From: Camelus dromedarius
Taxonomy: Eukaryota
Reading direction: 5' to 3'
Assembly: GCF_036321535.1 (NCBI RefSeq)
Contig: NC_087437.1
Coordinates: forward strand, 52,516,001 to 52,580,000
DNA length: 64,000 nt
The notes beneath the pieces are model-generated. The model saw nothing but the letters and a program-made list of their open reading frames with translations. It was not told the origin of the DNA and ran no database searches. This document shows positions 24,008-37,790 of this stretch, piece by piece. Position 1 is the first letter of the stretch. Every line of letters starts with the position of its first letter. The position numbers and the translations under genes were made by a program.

Positions 24008-24869
24008 GTAAGTGTTAAATTCTGCCTTTCTGTAAATGGAAACAGAAATTTTTAGGTGCTGACTCTCATAAGGCATTCTCACTTTTATTCTATTATGTAA
24101 TCTTGTTAAGTAAGTACTCTGAGGTTAGTAACTTGCCGAATATCATGCAGTTGGTAAGACACTTGTACTCAAATGTGTGTTACTTTTCTACCATTTTATA
24201 TGCCAAAAGCATCTGATTTTGAAAGCCTTTAAAAAAATTGTTTCTCACTTCTAAACTTTGTTTTTTGAAGTATAGTATGCATACAGAACAGTGCAGGAAT
24301 CATGTGTATAGCCTGATAAATTTTTGGACAATGAACTGTTCTTATTATTTTATTAGTAATTTTCTTCTCTTTTCTGTGTTCTCACTTTTTAGAATTCTGT
24401 TCCTTGGATATTAGACTTTATGGATTGATCTAATTTAATTTTCCTGTATATTCACTTCTTATCCTTTTTTTAAAAGTCTTTTATTGCATATGTGTTTTCC
24501 CCCCCCATAGTTTTAAGCATCCTCCCCCTCCCTACTCCCCATGGCTTTTTCTTTCATCAAGCATCGTGTTCTGATTAGGAGAATACAATATCTTTTCTTA
24601 TCTCTCTAAAACTTAATTATTTTAAAATTTCTTCTACTTGCTTTGTCTTTTCCCTCTGTGTTCCTCATCCCCTTTTGGTTTATTTTGGTCTTATCTTTCT
24701 TATTACAGTCATTATTCAAATACCTGGTAATCCTTGGCTATCCACTCATGTTTAAGAATGAGACACTAACTATAAAAAATAAGGCTCCCTGGAGTTGGAT
24801 AACTGGCTGATTGTGGGATTAGGAGAGAAAGTAAAAAATTAGTGTGGAACATCTTGTGCCAAAAGTTAA

Positions 24870-26790
24870 AAGTGCTCGAAAACTGGGGATACGTCAACAT
24901 GACCCAAGAAGGAACTTGAAGGGGCTTTCACTGGCCAAATTGGGGACATTTTCAGCATCAAATGAATAAAGACAGGAATATTGATGCTAATAAATAAATA
25001 CGTAGTGTGGGAGAGAAAGATTCTCTTTGTAGTATAATGCCAACTGGTACATGTAGAAGGAAGTCTTGTAACTGTCACAGTAATAACTGATACGTGCAGG
25101 AATCGTCAACTGAGCTGAAACTAAAAGTCTGATGAAGTATGGGATATTTACATACACTCAATTTTTCTCCACAGACTACTTAATAATTATAAAGGGAAAA
25201 TAGTAACTTTAGAGGGGAAAAACCTGCCTGACACTACCTTAACCAAAGGAGCAAAGTTTAAATTACCTACAATGGGACAAAGCGACATTATGGCCTACAG
25301 ATACATTTTACTGGGCAGGACATGATCATCCAATGTAGTATTCCTGTAAAAACCAATAATCTGAATATAATTATGAAAAAACTGGTTAAGCTGAAATTAA
25401 GGCTGATACTACAAAACAGCAGTCCTGTACTTTTCATTTTAAGGACGAAGAAGGGTGAAAAGCTGTTTCAGATTAAAGGAAACTAAAGATACTTGTCAGT
25501 GAAATGTAATGTGAGCTTCGGTATTAGGTGCTATGAAGGATATTTTTAATATCTTTGGAGAAATTTGAATATGAGCTACATGTTACATATTGTGTCATTG
25601 CTAAAGTTTCTGAATTTCATGATTGTATTGTGGTTATGTAGGAGATAACCCTGTTCTTGGGAGATATATACTTAAATATTTAGAGGTGAACTTATTCTCT
25701 AAGCGTTTAATGCTCTAAACATCCCTATAAGCATTACTTTAGCTGCATCCCACCCATTTTGAAATGTTGGTTTTCACTTTTTCCAATTTAAGATGTTTTC
25801 TAATTTCTGTTTTACTTCATCTTTTAACCTGTAATTACTTAGAAGTGTAGAATTATATTGTTTAATTTATAGGTATTTGGGAGTTCCCAGGTATCTTTCT
25901 GTTACTGATTTCTAGTTTTACTTCATTTTGGTCAGAGAATACACTTAGTATGATTTCAATTCTTTTGAATTTGTTAACATTTGTTTATGTCCCAGAATGT
26001 GGTCTATCTGGGTGATTTTCAATGTGCATTGAAAAGAATATATATTCTACTGATGTTGGGTGAAGTGTTCTATAAAAGTCAGTTAGTTTGCTGATAATGT
26101 TTTATAGGTCTTACTGATTTTTCTGTCTGCTTTTCTTATTGATTGATAAGTATAGAGTGTTGATGTTTCCTCCTATAACTGGACTTGTTTAATTTCTCCC
26201 GTCCAGTTATGTCCATTTTTGCAAATGCTTTAGGTGAATCCATTTGACCTAGATTCACTAGTTGTTATCATTTTGCCAGTTTGCTTTGTCATTCTCTGTC
26301 ATATGTACGTAATATTTTTTTCTGAATTATTTGAGAGTAAGTCTTAGACTCATGCCCCTTTAATTCTAAATGCTTGAGTGTGTTTCTTAAGAATGAGGAC
26401 ATTCACTTACATAATCACAGATTACCAAAATCGGGCAATTTAACATTGATGTAATACAATTATATAATCTTACTTAAATTTCTCCATTATAGAGATTATT
26501 TTCTTCTGGCCTACGATTCAGTGCAGGATCATGTATTACATTTAATTTTCATGTCTCTTTGATCTCCTTAATCTGAAACAACTCCTCAGCCTTTGTCTTT
26601 AATAGCATGAGTATTTTTAAAGAGTACAAAGTATTGCTTTTGTAGAATGTCCCTTAGTTTTGTCTGATGTACTCATGATTTGTTTTAGATTATGCAAATT
26701 CTTTGGTAAAAATACTATAGATAAGATGTTGTGTCCTTTCTTAAACATCACATAAAGATAGGTATAATGTCAGTTTGTTCCATTGCTGGT
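24870..26790. mobile_element. Cluster of old L1M fragments in both orientations (SENP2 intron 5)
   Basis: L1-type phrases, e.g. CTTTAGCTGCATCCCA..TTTTG, GGTCAGAGAATACACTTAGTATGATTTCAAT and AAGAATGAGGACATTCACTTACATAATCACA. Confidence 0.7.
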
Positions 26791-27371
26791 AATGGCAGGA
26801 GAGGCGGGCTCTGTCGTCAGCAACAATGACTAGGTGGGGGTTTCATGGCTTCCGATTCCTTAGCTTTCATTAATTTAGTGTTCATTAATGTAGTATGCAG
26901 CAGATATTGACTGAGTGCCTTTTGGCTTAGATCATGTACTAGGATACAGTGGTGAAAGGATGAAATCTGTGTCTTCATTGAGTTTAAAGTTTGACGTAGG
27001 ATGCAGATATTAAGCTATCACACCAATAGTTAATTCCAGTGGTGCCAAATGCCCAAAGGGAAAGTGCGGTACCAGAGGAGGGTATGTGCTATAATAGGGA
27101 GCTAAAGCCAGAACTGGAGTTGGAAAATGGGGTATGAGGGAGAAAGCAAAGGCTTTCAGGTGGCAGTCCTGGTGACTGGAAATAGATATTCCAGAGCAGA
27201 ATTCTAGGGTACCATTTACTAGAGAGATAGATCTAATTTTTGTGAGTGGTAGTTGTCTGATTTGCCAGGAACAAGCTTAACCTGAGACAGGTTAATCACA
27301 GGATGGTTTGGAACTTAACTTCCAGCAATTTAAGCAGTTTGGAATAACTTTTCTTCTTTTTTCTGTCTCAG

Positions 27372-27540
27372 TTTTACTTTGAGCTCAGAAGGCTATAATA
27401 GAAGACCAGGTGGCCGTCGCCATAGCAGAGGCAATCCAGAGAGTTCCTTAATGTGGAAACCTCAGGAACAGGTTGTAACAGAGATGATTTCTGAAGAGGG
27501 TGGCAAGGGTCTGAGGCGTCCCCATTGTACTGTGGAGGAG
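27372..27540 (+). CDS. SENP2: SENP2 exon 6
   Basis: FTLSSEGYNRRPGGRRHSRGNPESSLMWKPQEQVVTEMISEEGGKGLRRPHCTVEE; donor GTAAGC. Confidence 0.96.
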
Positions 27541-29309
27541 GTAAGCCTAATTTTAGCCTGATCTTTTATAAAAGCAATTTTAGGTGTGTGGGGGGTGTAA
27601 ATAACATATGTACTATGGTACAAAATTCAAAAGGTATAAAAGAGTGCACAGGGACTATAAATTCCCCAGTCTCCCTTCAATATCTGGCCCCTGTTTGACT
27701 GATGTGTATGTATATACTTCTGGAAATATTCTATACATATGTGATTTAGTCAATTTTTAGATGTAGTTATTTTCACTATGAGAAAGAAAAAGCAATCATG
27801 TTAGGAAAAGACAGGATTATAGATTGCTTCTTTTTGAGTGCCTGAATTAGTCTAACTTGTTTCTTTTATAAGCTGTAATAACTGTGACTAAATAAGGGAA
27901 GTGAATGGTGTACATGTCTGCTTTTTCCTTCCCTTTTCAGGGCACTTAGCATGATGTCTTCATCAACAGTCTTCACCTCTCTCTTAAGTCTTCACTTATT
28001 CCAGGAGAATTTAGAACTGTTCCTGTATTTGGCATTTCCCCTGGACCATCACCTGTTGCAATTCACTAGATGGTTTCCTGATCCACTTAGTTTAGCTCAT
28101 CAAGGAAATATTTGGGTCCCAGCTGCTGTGCCAGTTTCCAGCAATTCAGAATTGAATAAAACGTGACCCCTGTCCTGTAGGAGCTTATACATTAATTGTT
28201 GTAATTATCACAACAGGTAGGCGGAGAGAGGAGTGGACTGTAGCCCTGGAGGGGATTTTAAGGCGAGGTATTAAAGTAGGCTTCAGATCTCCTAAATAAG
28301 AAATCTAGAGATGGGACTGAGCAAATACATATGGGGGTGTGCATAGGATGTATTCTAGGAATATTAGAAGGCAATATTATTAGGGACATATTTATTGGTT
28401 AAGTGTGATATAAAGTTAGAAGGAAGAGCCTGAGTCCCAGATTTCAGTCTTGGATAAATACGTGCTACTGACCAAGATACCCTGTGTGTTTAGGGGGAAG
28501 ATGATGACTTCAGTTTTGAACATTGTTTAAAGTGCCTGTGAAATACAGAAGAAGACCCGTCCCATAGACTATTGGCCATAGATGATGGGAGTTTTGGGAA
28601 GAAGGCAGGGTTAGGGACACGTTTCTGAATCTTCTGCATTTTGGTGTTAGATAAATCAAAGGAGCTGAAGCTATTACTCAGGGAAAGAAAGTAGTGTGAA
28701 AAGAGATAATGGGCAGAATCATTGACATTTAAGGGCAGGCAGAAGAAATAATCTGCAGTGGAGACTGAGAAGATAAGAAGAAATCAGGGGAGTGTACTGT
28801 ACAGAAGACAGGTCGAGGTCAGCAGGGTGAGATGCTGAAGAGAGAGGCCAAGTGACAAAAGAGCTGAAAAATTGTATATTGGATCTGGCTGTAGAGAGTC
28901 ATTAGTGACTTTGGTGAGACCAGTTCCATTTTGGAAGCCATGTGTTCTGAATATACAAGTGGATTATTTCTTTGGTTTACCCAGTTCTGCTGTCAATAAC
29001 TGAGATGCTATCAAGGTCTGGCAGATAATGTAAACGAGTGAAATGGGTTGGAGTGAATACTTGACCAAAAGGAATAGCATAGCCTTAGATAGCTCCAGAT
29101 TGTTGATACAGTGCTTCAAAAGAGGCCAGATTTATATTTATTTTATTTATAAAATTGGTAGTTAAAGTAAAAGAACACTGGAATTTAAAAAACAATGTGC
29201 TGGCAAATAAAACACATCTAGGGGCTGCATTTGACCTCTTAGTCTTTGTTTATGACTTAATTATGAGTTTGAGGTACTAGTAGTTATCTAAATGCTTTCT
29301 TTTATTTAG

Positions 29310-29413
29310 GGTGTTCAAAAAGAGGAAAGAGAGAAATATCGAAGGTTATTGGAGCGACTTAAAGAAGGTGGTCATGGAAACTCTGTTCCTCCTGTAACTT
29401 CAGCTCATCATAG
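29310..29413 (+). CDS. SENP2: SENP2 exon 7
   Basis: GVQKEEREKYRRLLERLKEGGHGNSVPPVTSAHH; flanked by AG and GT. Confidence 0.95.
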
Positions 29414-30671
29414 GTAAAGATGAGCTACCAAAATAAATACTTTGCCAGACATCTTTATCCTTATTTTTGGAGAGGGGATTGGTGGGAAGAGCTTTGTTGA
29501 AAAAAGAGGTTAATTAGCATTGAGAAAAGTTGGCCTATAATTTGTCTGAATTTTATCTTGTAATGGATTATATAGAATAGTGGTTTACAAAATAGAATTT
29601 TCTGTTAGCTTTAGAATCCTTTGTTGAAGTGAACTCTTACATGAAACCCTGATACAGAAAAGTGGAATCACTGGTTGAAATCAGGTTCCCAGGAAACAGA
29701 AGTTTTTTTCAACCTCCCCAGCATGCACATTTTGCACAATCTCTGTCTTCCTCTCTCTTTCTACTTCTTTTCCTATGCCCCTCCCCACCTCCCCCTCCAT
29801 ATACATGTAGTCCCTGAGGCTTCTTAGTGGATGCATCTTAGCATAATTGGAAACCCTCCACTTTAGAGACAAGATTAAAGTCACCCCAGGTCATAAGTCT
29901 TCCTTATAAGGCAACTTGTTTATTAAATACACTAATGAATTGACCAAATAGATGAGAATGGCAGAAGGAATTGATGTCTGGCCTTTTATTTCCCTGTAAA
30001 AAGGGGACAAAAAATATGTGATCTCAGGATTGAGGTCCACTTGGTACTATAACAAGTGGTGTGGGACTACAGAGGGGATCCCAGAAATTATGAAACAGCA
30101 AGTTGAAGGTGAAAAAGTCACATTTAGCTTTGAATGCAGAAATAACAAGGGATTACTTGGGAATTTTAACTTTGGTTGTGAACTTTCTAAAAAAAATTCT
30201 CTCAGTTTAGTCATTCAGAATGTCAGTGTTTTTTCCACTTTGACTAGCCACTGTTGGAAGCTGCGATATGCTTCATGAATTTTTGGCCTTGTCATGTCGG
30301 CAAAATCGTCAGACTATTTTGCTTCTTATGTTGCTTTTAATGTGTTGTTTTGAGATCATTTCAGATTTTCCATCTTTTGGGTTTTATCACAGTGACATTT
30401 TTCACTCAGGGTGGCGCTGGGGATTGAGAACATCCAGTTTTATAATAGAGAAACTGGAGGTTAGGTAATTAGGCTGGAATATTAGAGTCAGGATTAGACT
30501 TCTTTATCCTAGTCCCAGATGATGCTGTGTTATGTCCTCTCTCTTATAATTTGATGTTTCAGTATAATCCATAACTCCTGTTTGGAGAAGCTTCCCAGAC
30601 AGAGACAATAAATATTTATGGTATATTTTTTCTTTTTGTATCTGATCTTCTTCACTTTTTATGTTTCCAAG

Positions 30672-30766
30672 TTCTCAAAGAAGTCAGATGGACATATTAA
30701 AGACCAAAGGCTGGGGGGAAGAGCAAAGTCACGGAGTCAAAACAACTCAGTTTGTTCCAAAACAAT
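30672..30766 (+). CDS. SENP2: SENP2 exon 8
   Basis: SSQRSQMDILKTKGWGEEQSHGVKTTQFVPKQ; AAG acceptor, GTGAGT donor. Confidence 0.94.
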
Positions 30767-31301
30767 GTGAGTTCACATATTTAGCCCTATTTTAATATAA
30801 TGAATTTAGTTCAAGTGCATATAAAATTGAAAAATGATATACTAGTGAAAGATGGTATACTAAACTTTAAACCTTATCAGACCACGTGGTATTGACTGGG
30901 GCTTATCCAGTACCAATAGTTTAGTTAAAAAAGCTGTTTCAAGATAAATCCAATTTATAAAATACTTACTATTCCTAGTTTTTATATTGTAGTATGTGTT
31001 TTGTAAGCCTATAATTAATTTCTTTGTATTTCTTATATTTGTTTCCTCATATTTCTTCACTTGCTGTTAACTAAATGACACTAAATGACAGATATTTGTC
31101 AGTTTATACTAAAGATTATATTTAAAGGAGAAAGAGAATTAGGCATTTTTAAGCAACTTAATTTGTAAGGAAGCTATTTTGGAACACGTTTTAGCATTTC
31201 AGTGTAAATAAATGTCTTGGTACGTTGAGAATTGTGTAAATTGAAATTCTAGCTATATGATTGATTAATAAAGAAAACACAAATTTTTACCATCCTCACA
31301 G

Positions 31302-31353
31302 ATAGAGTTGTTGAAACAAGGGGACCTCTATGTTCAGTGCGAAGTGAAAAGAG
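31302..31353 (+). CDS. SENP2: SENP2 exon 9
   Basis: YRVVETRGPLCSVRSEKR; CAG acceptor, GTACAT donor. Confidence 0.93.
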
Positions 31354-31665
31354 GTACATGATTCAGTTTATTCTAAGTTTTCTTTTGACATATTGTTTTC
31401 TTAATTTATAAGATATGTTTCTGAGTAACCATATCTGAGGAATTGTGAACTCCCCTCAGCTCTGGTAGCTGGTCAGCATGTATTGGTACATACATGGCTC
31501 TTGTGTCAGGTGCCTTTGGAGGGTGTCCTTCTGTCCTAGGCATTAGGGGTTGGAAGGCACTGGTGCTGCTCGGTTAAGCGCGTGGGTGTGGTGGGGATCT
31601 CTAGTATATGAACAGTGAAGGCAGTTCTCCGTGCTTTAGGATTTTAGATGCTGGTTTGTTCATAG

Positions 31666-31887
31666 CAGAGTTTGGTAAACTATAGCCCATAGGCCAAATC
31701 TTATCTGCCTGACTGTTTTTATAAGTAAAGTTTTATTGGACAGAGTCGTACTCATTCACTTACTTACGACTTATGGCTGCTTTTAAACTACAATGAAAGT
31801 TGAGAAGATGTGACAAAAACCATAAGACCTGCAAAGCTTAAGATATTTACTATCTGATCCTTTTTAGGAAAATTTTGCTAACCTTTG
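31666..31887 (+). mobile_element. MER58A-like hAT-Charlie fossil
   Basis: GGTAAACTATAGCCCATAGGCCAAATC...AAAGTTTTATTGGA...ATATTTACTATCTG...TTTGCTAACC. Confidence 0.8.
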
Positions 31888-32013
31888 GTTTAGAGGACTA
31901 TATAAACTGAAGGCAATATTTGTTTATAATTATTAAATCTGATTTCTAAAAACCAGTTTAACATGTACCAGATTAAAATCATCCAGTCTATAATCTCTCA
32001 GTTTTTTCCTCAG

Positions 32014-32077
32014 GTGTTCAAAGGGGAAAATTTCTGATACAGAGAAGACAGTTGGAATCAGACTAGAAAATGATGGT
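32014..32077 (+). CDS. SENP2: SENP2 exon 10
   Basis: CSKGKISDTEKTVGIRLENDG; donor GTAAGT. Confidence 0.93.
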
Positions 32078-33669
32078 GTAAGTAGAAACCCTAGTTAAGT
32101 TTGTCTTTTTACTCTTTCATCTGACTTACGTTAAAATTTTGGTGCCCACAAAAAATAAGAAAGATGATATATGTTACTTTAATTTCTAATTCCACTATTT
32201 TCTTTGAAAAAGCAGCAGGCATTAAAGATATGCACCTTTGACTTCCGAGCTGCTGGATTTTTATCTGTGCAGTAGCTGCCTTTGTAAGAGAGACCAACTT
32301 GCTTCCATCACAACCCTTATCTGTGTTGTCTGGCTTCTTTTGGAGAATTTTTTAAAACCATACATCTTTAGGAAAAGTATTTACTCAGGACTTTCTTTTC
32401 AGAGTCAAGATTTCATATTTATGTGAAATATTACTAGCCTGCTTAATTGGATTTTAAATTTTCTATAAGTATCAGAATAAGAAGCATTCAAGTGATCTCG
32501 AGAGCAATACCAATATTTTTAATAATAGCAGCAAAGTGTTTTACTAAACAGCCCATATTCAAAAAATACATATTTCTAAACTAAATGCAAACTTGAAGTT
32601 TTAGATTATTTCGCATTTTAGATATTAGAAATACCAAAGGGAACTGCTCTGTGTTAAGTAACAGTTTGATCAAATTTCTCTTTTCTCATTTGATTTCTTC
32701 ATAAGAATTAATCTTAAGGCTAAATCATTGTCTTAAGTCTTTGAATGTTCCCTTCTCTAATGGTCCATACATTCCAGTTTATCACCTGTGGAACAAAAAT
32801 TGAAAAAAGAGGGAAACTAAACCTGAGAGAGCACAGGGGGTGTATTTGTTAACGGGCTAGAGAGTACATTCTGCTTTTGTTTGTCCTAGCATTGCTGTCT
32901 GGGACCATGGGGAAGGGCCAGCAGCTCCTGGTTTCCTAGGACCAGTGTACCTGGCAGGTAGCAAGGAGTGAAGAGTACTGGCTACATGTGTTGAGAGTGT
33001 AGTTCTAGTCCAACATTCTGTTTTTTAAATAAATTTCCTAATTTTGAAAAAGGTTGCCTACCAAATGACTTAAATTCAGTATTAAGGGTTACATAGGGTT
33101 TTAATAAGGAAATATTCTTATCAGAGTTTCTGGGATGCTGGCAAAATTCAATTTGTTGACTGGAATGGTGGTTGCATAGGTTATTAATCTTATAAAAAAT
33201 TAAGTGGTACATTAAGGTTTTGTGCATTTTTCTATAATACATAATTTTTAAAAGGATGAAATAGAACATATTTACTTAGTATAAGAATAGCAATAGTTTA
33301 TTTTTGAGTAATGGGACTGTGCATCATATTTTGTACTTTTAAAAAACTTTTCAAAATGTCTTTTAACTGTATTATTTTTAATTGAGATAAGAGAACTGAA
33401 CATACTTTCTTGCTACCTCTAGGTAAAATGATGAGTATTCTGTTTCATGGTTTATAATTGAGGTGTCCTGTTGTGAGTCTTAGATCTTGAACGTTTTTTG
33501 TTGCCTCTTTCAGTGAAAGGCAGATATGCTTAATCTACTTTACTCATTTGGGGACTTACTAATTCTCTTTTCTTTTAAGATAATGGCACTATTTTATATT
33601 TCATGTGTTATGTATGTTTATATGCAAGTATCAAACATGTCAATAGAATATGGGAACTTTTTTGATCAG

Positions 33670-33846
33670 AGGAGGGGACACCAGCTGGAACCTGACCTGT
33701 CTGAAGAAGTGTCAGCCCGACTCCGCCTGGGCAGTGGAAGCAATGGCATACTCAGGAGGAAAATGTCAATACTTGAGACAAAAGAAAAAAATTGCTCAGG
33801 CAAAGAGAGGGTTAAAAGGACGGATGATCTTCTTGAACTTACAGAG
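33670..33846 (+). CDS. SENP2: SENP2 exon 11 (leucine-rich NES region)
   Basis: RRGHQLEPDLSEEVSARLRLGSGSNGILRRKMSILETKEKNCSGKERVKRTDDLLELTE. Confidence 0.96.
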
Positions 33847-35062
33847 GTATTATTTCTTTTGTTGATCAGAATGTTTTAAAATACCTTAGTTATTCACGAC
33901 TGGAGTGAATGTTTTGTTTTGAGGAGTTTCTCCAGGGTAGGGATGTATGTATGAAGGAAATCAGGCCCAAGGGCTGATCAGTCACTGGTTACACTGATCA
34001 TTAGTGATCTGTGAAGGTAGCTTAAGGGATCAGATTAACATTCAGTAAATGTGAGTAGACATAATTGTCACATATCTCGGAACATAATGAGTTCTTTGTA
34101 GATTCTTTTTCTAACCTTAAAATATTTGGAGTTAGATAGTATGGTTTAGACATTAAAAATGAGTTCATTGCAATTTTTTGTTAAGTGATTATGGTTCACT
34201 GAAGGGTCCCTTTCATTGATTATTGCATTTGAAGCATTCTGTAAGTTTTTACTTATAGAAAACAAGGTAAATTGCTAAAATTTTTTTGTGTGTGTGGGGA
34301 AACAGTATTGAAAATATTTGAGTGGAAATAATTTTGATTTGGTTTATAGATTCAATATGCATTTACCTGCATATTTCTTTAGAATAATGAAGCCATCTAT
34401 TCAGTCAGGACTCAGTTGCTAGATTGCTGCCTAGTTTTCTAGTTTCTGCCTGTTTACTTATTCTCTTCATGCCAAAAATGGATAGTATGATCTCTTTGAT
34501 GTCCTAACTTTATTTTGAATGTTTTAAAATAAAAGTTTAGGAGGTAAATAAAGGAAATATGAAAATGTTTTTATAGTATTGCGGAAGGAGCAAAGACTAG
34601 GGAGTTAGATGCTGCTGTGTTCAAATCTTGGCTTTATCTTTTGATTGTATGACTTTGAGCACATAACCGAAGAGCTTTACCTCTTCTATAAAATGGTGAT
34701 AATACTCTTGCCACAAGCTGGGATTAATGACGTGCTCCATGCATCTGACACCATGTTTGGCTTCTAGTGTTCAATAAATGGTAGTGGGATAATTGAGACC
34801 ATACTTTAAATGTAAATATTATTACCCAATTATTGTTTCCAGAAGCTGATAATTGAGCTTTCATTTTTTATTACCATTAGTAAGACTGCTTTATAGTCCT
34901 AAATTGAAATCTTTTCATACTTCAATTTAGTAGGTCTTTGATAGTATATTTTTCTTAAGGGTCAAGTATTACAGAGATGAAAAGCTTTTTTTCAGTCTCA
35001 GACTTTCAGTATATGATAGTGGTTCTCTGTTAAAGTAGCAACCTGTGGACTTTCTAATTCAG

Positions 35063-35194
35063 GACATGGAAAAGGAAATCAGTAATGCTCTAGGCCACGG
35101 CCCACAGGATGAGATCCTAAGTAGTGCTTTCAAATTGCGAATCACTCGAGGAGATATCCAGACCTTGAAGAACTGTCACTGGCTCAATGATGAA
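35063..35194 (+). CDS. SENP2: SENP2 exon 12 (start of Ulp1/C48 catalytic domain, Trp410)
   Basis: DMEKEISNALGHGPQDEILSSAFKLRITRGDIQTLKNCHWLNDE; donor GTGAGT. Confidence 0.97.
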
Positions 35195-35552
35195 GTGAGT
35201 TGTCTTTTTTTACCCTTTTTGACTATCATTATGCTTAACCATTTTCTGTCCATAACCAAAGTGGTTTCTACACAATTTTAAGTGGTTAGTAAAGAATCTT
35301 TAATTTACCTAAAACAAAAACATCTCAAACCTTAAAAAGATGGTTAATTCTGATTGTTTGCTGCCTTAGCTAGCAATGTTTCCCTCTTCTGCACTGTACT
35401 TCATTTCGTCCACTACTTCATTTGCTAGTCTTTAGTGACATTTTCATAAACCCTGAGTGCAACTGATAAATGGAAGGAAGCAAGCAAGCAATACTTTATT
35501 TTAGATGAATTCTTATAGGAGCCGTTTTATTTTTTCAATAATAAAGGAATAT

Positions 35553-35698
35553 GGTGGGCGGAGTGTATAGTTCAGTGGTAGAATGCATGCTTAGCATGCG
35601 TGAGGTCCTGGGTTCAGTCCTCAGTACCTCCATAAAAATAAATAAATAAACTTAATTACCTCCCCTGCAAATAAATGTTTAAAAAAAAAGTTTAAAAA
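35553..35698 (+). mobile_element. tRNA-derived SINE (Vic-1-like) with TSD
   Basis: A/B boxes; TSD AAAGGAATAT at 35543-35552 and 35699-35708. Confidence 0.9.
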
Positions 35699-36457
35699 AA
35701 AGGAATATATTATCATTATATGTACACCATGTGTTTTTTTTCTTTATTTCATTTGAGTGATAACTGTAAAAATTTGCCTGATTATCATTTTGTATCCTTA
35801 CATATTTAGCTAAAGTTTGCTCTTGGTTCTTGCCAATTTTCCAGTTGGACCTTTACCCAACTGCTCAGTCCCTGCTTTTTTCCCTTTACCTTTCTTCCTC
35901 CCTAACTATGATTAGTGACATAAACATATTCTTGTAAAACTGGAATGTTTTGTTTCACATTATAAATGTGATATGTGTATTATAGAAAATTTAGAAAATA
36001 TAGGAAAAGTGAGGGAAAAATATTGTTGTTCAAAAGTGCCACAACTCAGACATAAACAAAATATTAATATGTCCTTCCAGTTAATTTTTTTAAATTGAGG
36101 TATAATTTATATAAAGTAAAATTCACTTCTGTTAATATTTCTGCATATTTTGTGTGTGATATAGCTACTTACACCTTTTCATTATTGTAGGGTTTTTCCT
36201 TGAGTTCTTTCTCTTGGCTCTCTTACTCATCTGCCTCAAAAGTACAATCTTACTCCTTCTTAATCCCTCCCATTTTGCACTGATCATTTTTTATTTTCCA
36301 TCTTCTGTCATTGACAGCCCTTTTATCTCCTTCTTAGTACCTTCCCTTCCCTAAGCTTCTTACTTTCTAGTTCATCCTAGTTGAATTAGGTAGAAATCTA
36401 GTTTTAATAATGTACTTGCCATGTTCCAACATTTACTTTACTCTCTTGGTATTACAG

Positions 36458-36661
36458 GTCATTAATTTTTACATGAATCTTCTGATGGAAAGAAATAAAA
36501 AACAAGGGTATCCAGCACTTTATGCATTCAGTACTTTCTTCTATCCGAAATTAAAGTCTGGGGGTTACCAAGCAGTGAAAAGGTGGACCAAAGGGATCAG
36601 TCTCTTTGAACAGGAACTTATTCTGGTGCCTATTCATCGTAAGGTACATTGGAGCCTGGTG
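36458..36661 (+). CDS. SENP2: SENP2 exon 13 (catalytic His478)
   Basis: [68 protein letters not shown]. Confidence 0.98.
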
Positions 36662-36714
36662 GTAAGTTGAGATGGTTAATTGTTGGAGTTTGGATCATGA
36701 CTATTTCTTAAATA

Positions 36715-37196
36715 CAGGCATACCTCAGAGATATTGTAGATTCCAGACCACCAGAATAAAGCAAATATTGCAATAAAGTGAGTCACATGACTTTCTTGGT
36801 TTCCCAGTGTATATAAAAATTATGTTTACACTACACTATAATCTGTTAAGTTTGCAGTAGCATTATGTCTAAAAAACAATGCACATGCCTTAATTAAAAA
36901 ATACTTTATTTTTAAATACTTTTTATGCTAACCATCATCTGAGCCTTCAGCGAGTCATAATCTTTTTGCAATAGTAACATCAAAGACCACTGATCACAGA
37001 TTACCATAACAAGTATAATAATAATGAAAAAGTTTGAAATATTGTGAAGAATTACCAGGATATGACAGAGGCATGAAGTGAGCAAATATTATTAGAAAAA
37101 TGGCACTGCTAGACTTGCTTGATACAGGATTGCCACAAACCTTCAATTTGTAAAAAACGCAGTATCTGCAAAGCACAATAAAATAAAGTGTGCCTG
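36715..37196 (-). mobile_element. Tigger1 internal-deletion derivative (Tigger1a-type)
   Basis: TIRs CAGGCATACC...GTGTGCCTG with TA on both flanks; Tigger1-like subterminal sequence. Confidence 0.85.
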
Positions 37197-37710
37197 TAGT
37201 GAAGGCTACCCTTTTCTGTCCAGCAAGAGTCCGGTGGTATATGTTAAAGGCCTGCTCTGCATGCTAAGTCCCTTCTTAGTTCTTAAGTTGAACAACCTAG
37301 AAAGCTGGAAGACAGTCTGTGTAGCTGAGGAACTTTCACTTTTCATAGGAAAGAGTCTTAATACATGTGGGTTATTTTATTACTTTTACTTACAAGATGG
37401 TAGCAGGTTTACTGTAGAAAAGTAAAGGTACAAAGCAAAAACCAAAAAAAACCCCCCAAAACCAAAAAAAAACCCTTATCACTCTGAGAGGACCACTAAT
37501 GTTTTGAGGAATGTTTCTAGGCCTTTCTCTAGGAGTAGAAATATATAATTTTATAGAGATGGAGCTCATAATTATCTGTGATGTCTTATTAAAAAATGTC
37601 TTAGAAATCCATTCATGTTGATTGATTTTTTAAAAGGTGCTTTTCTTTTTAGAAATAAAATTTTCACTCCTGTTATGGTTGTTTCTGGATGTTGCATTTT
37701 TCCATTATAG

Positions 37711-37790
37711 GTGATAGACCTAAGAAAAAAGTGTCTTAAATATCTGGATTCTATGGGACAAAAGGGCCACAGGATCTGTGAAATTCTTCT
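37711..37790 (+). CDS. SENP2: SENP2 exon 14 (catalytic Asp495)
   Basis: VIDLRKKCLKYLDSMGQKGHRICEIL; donor GTAAGT. Confidence 0.97.
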
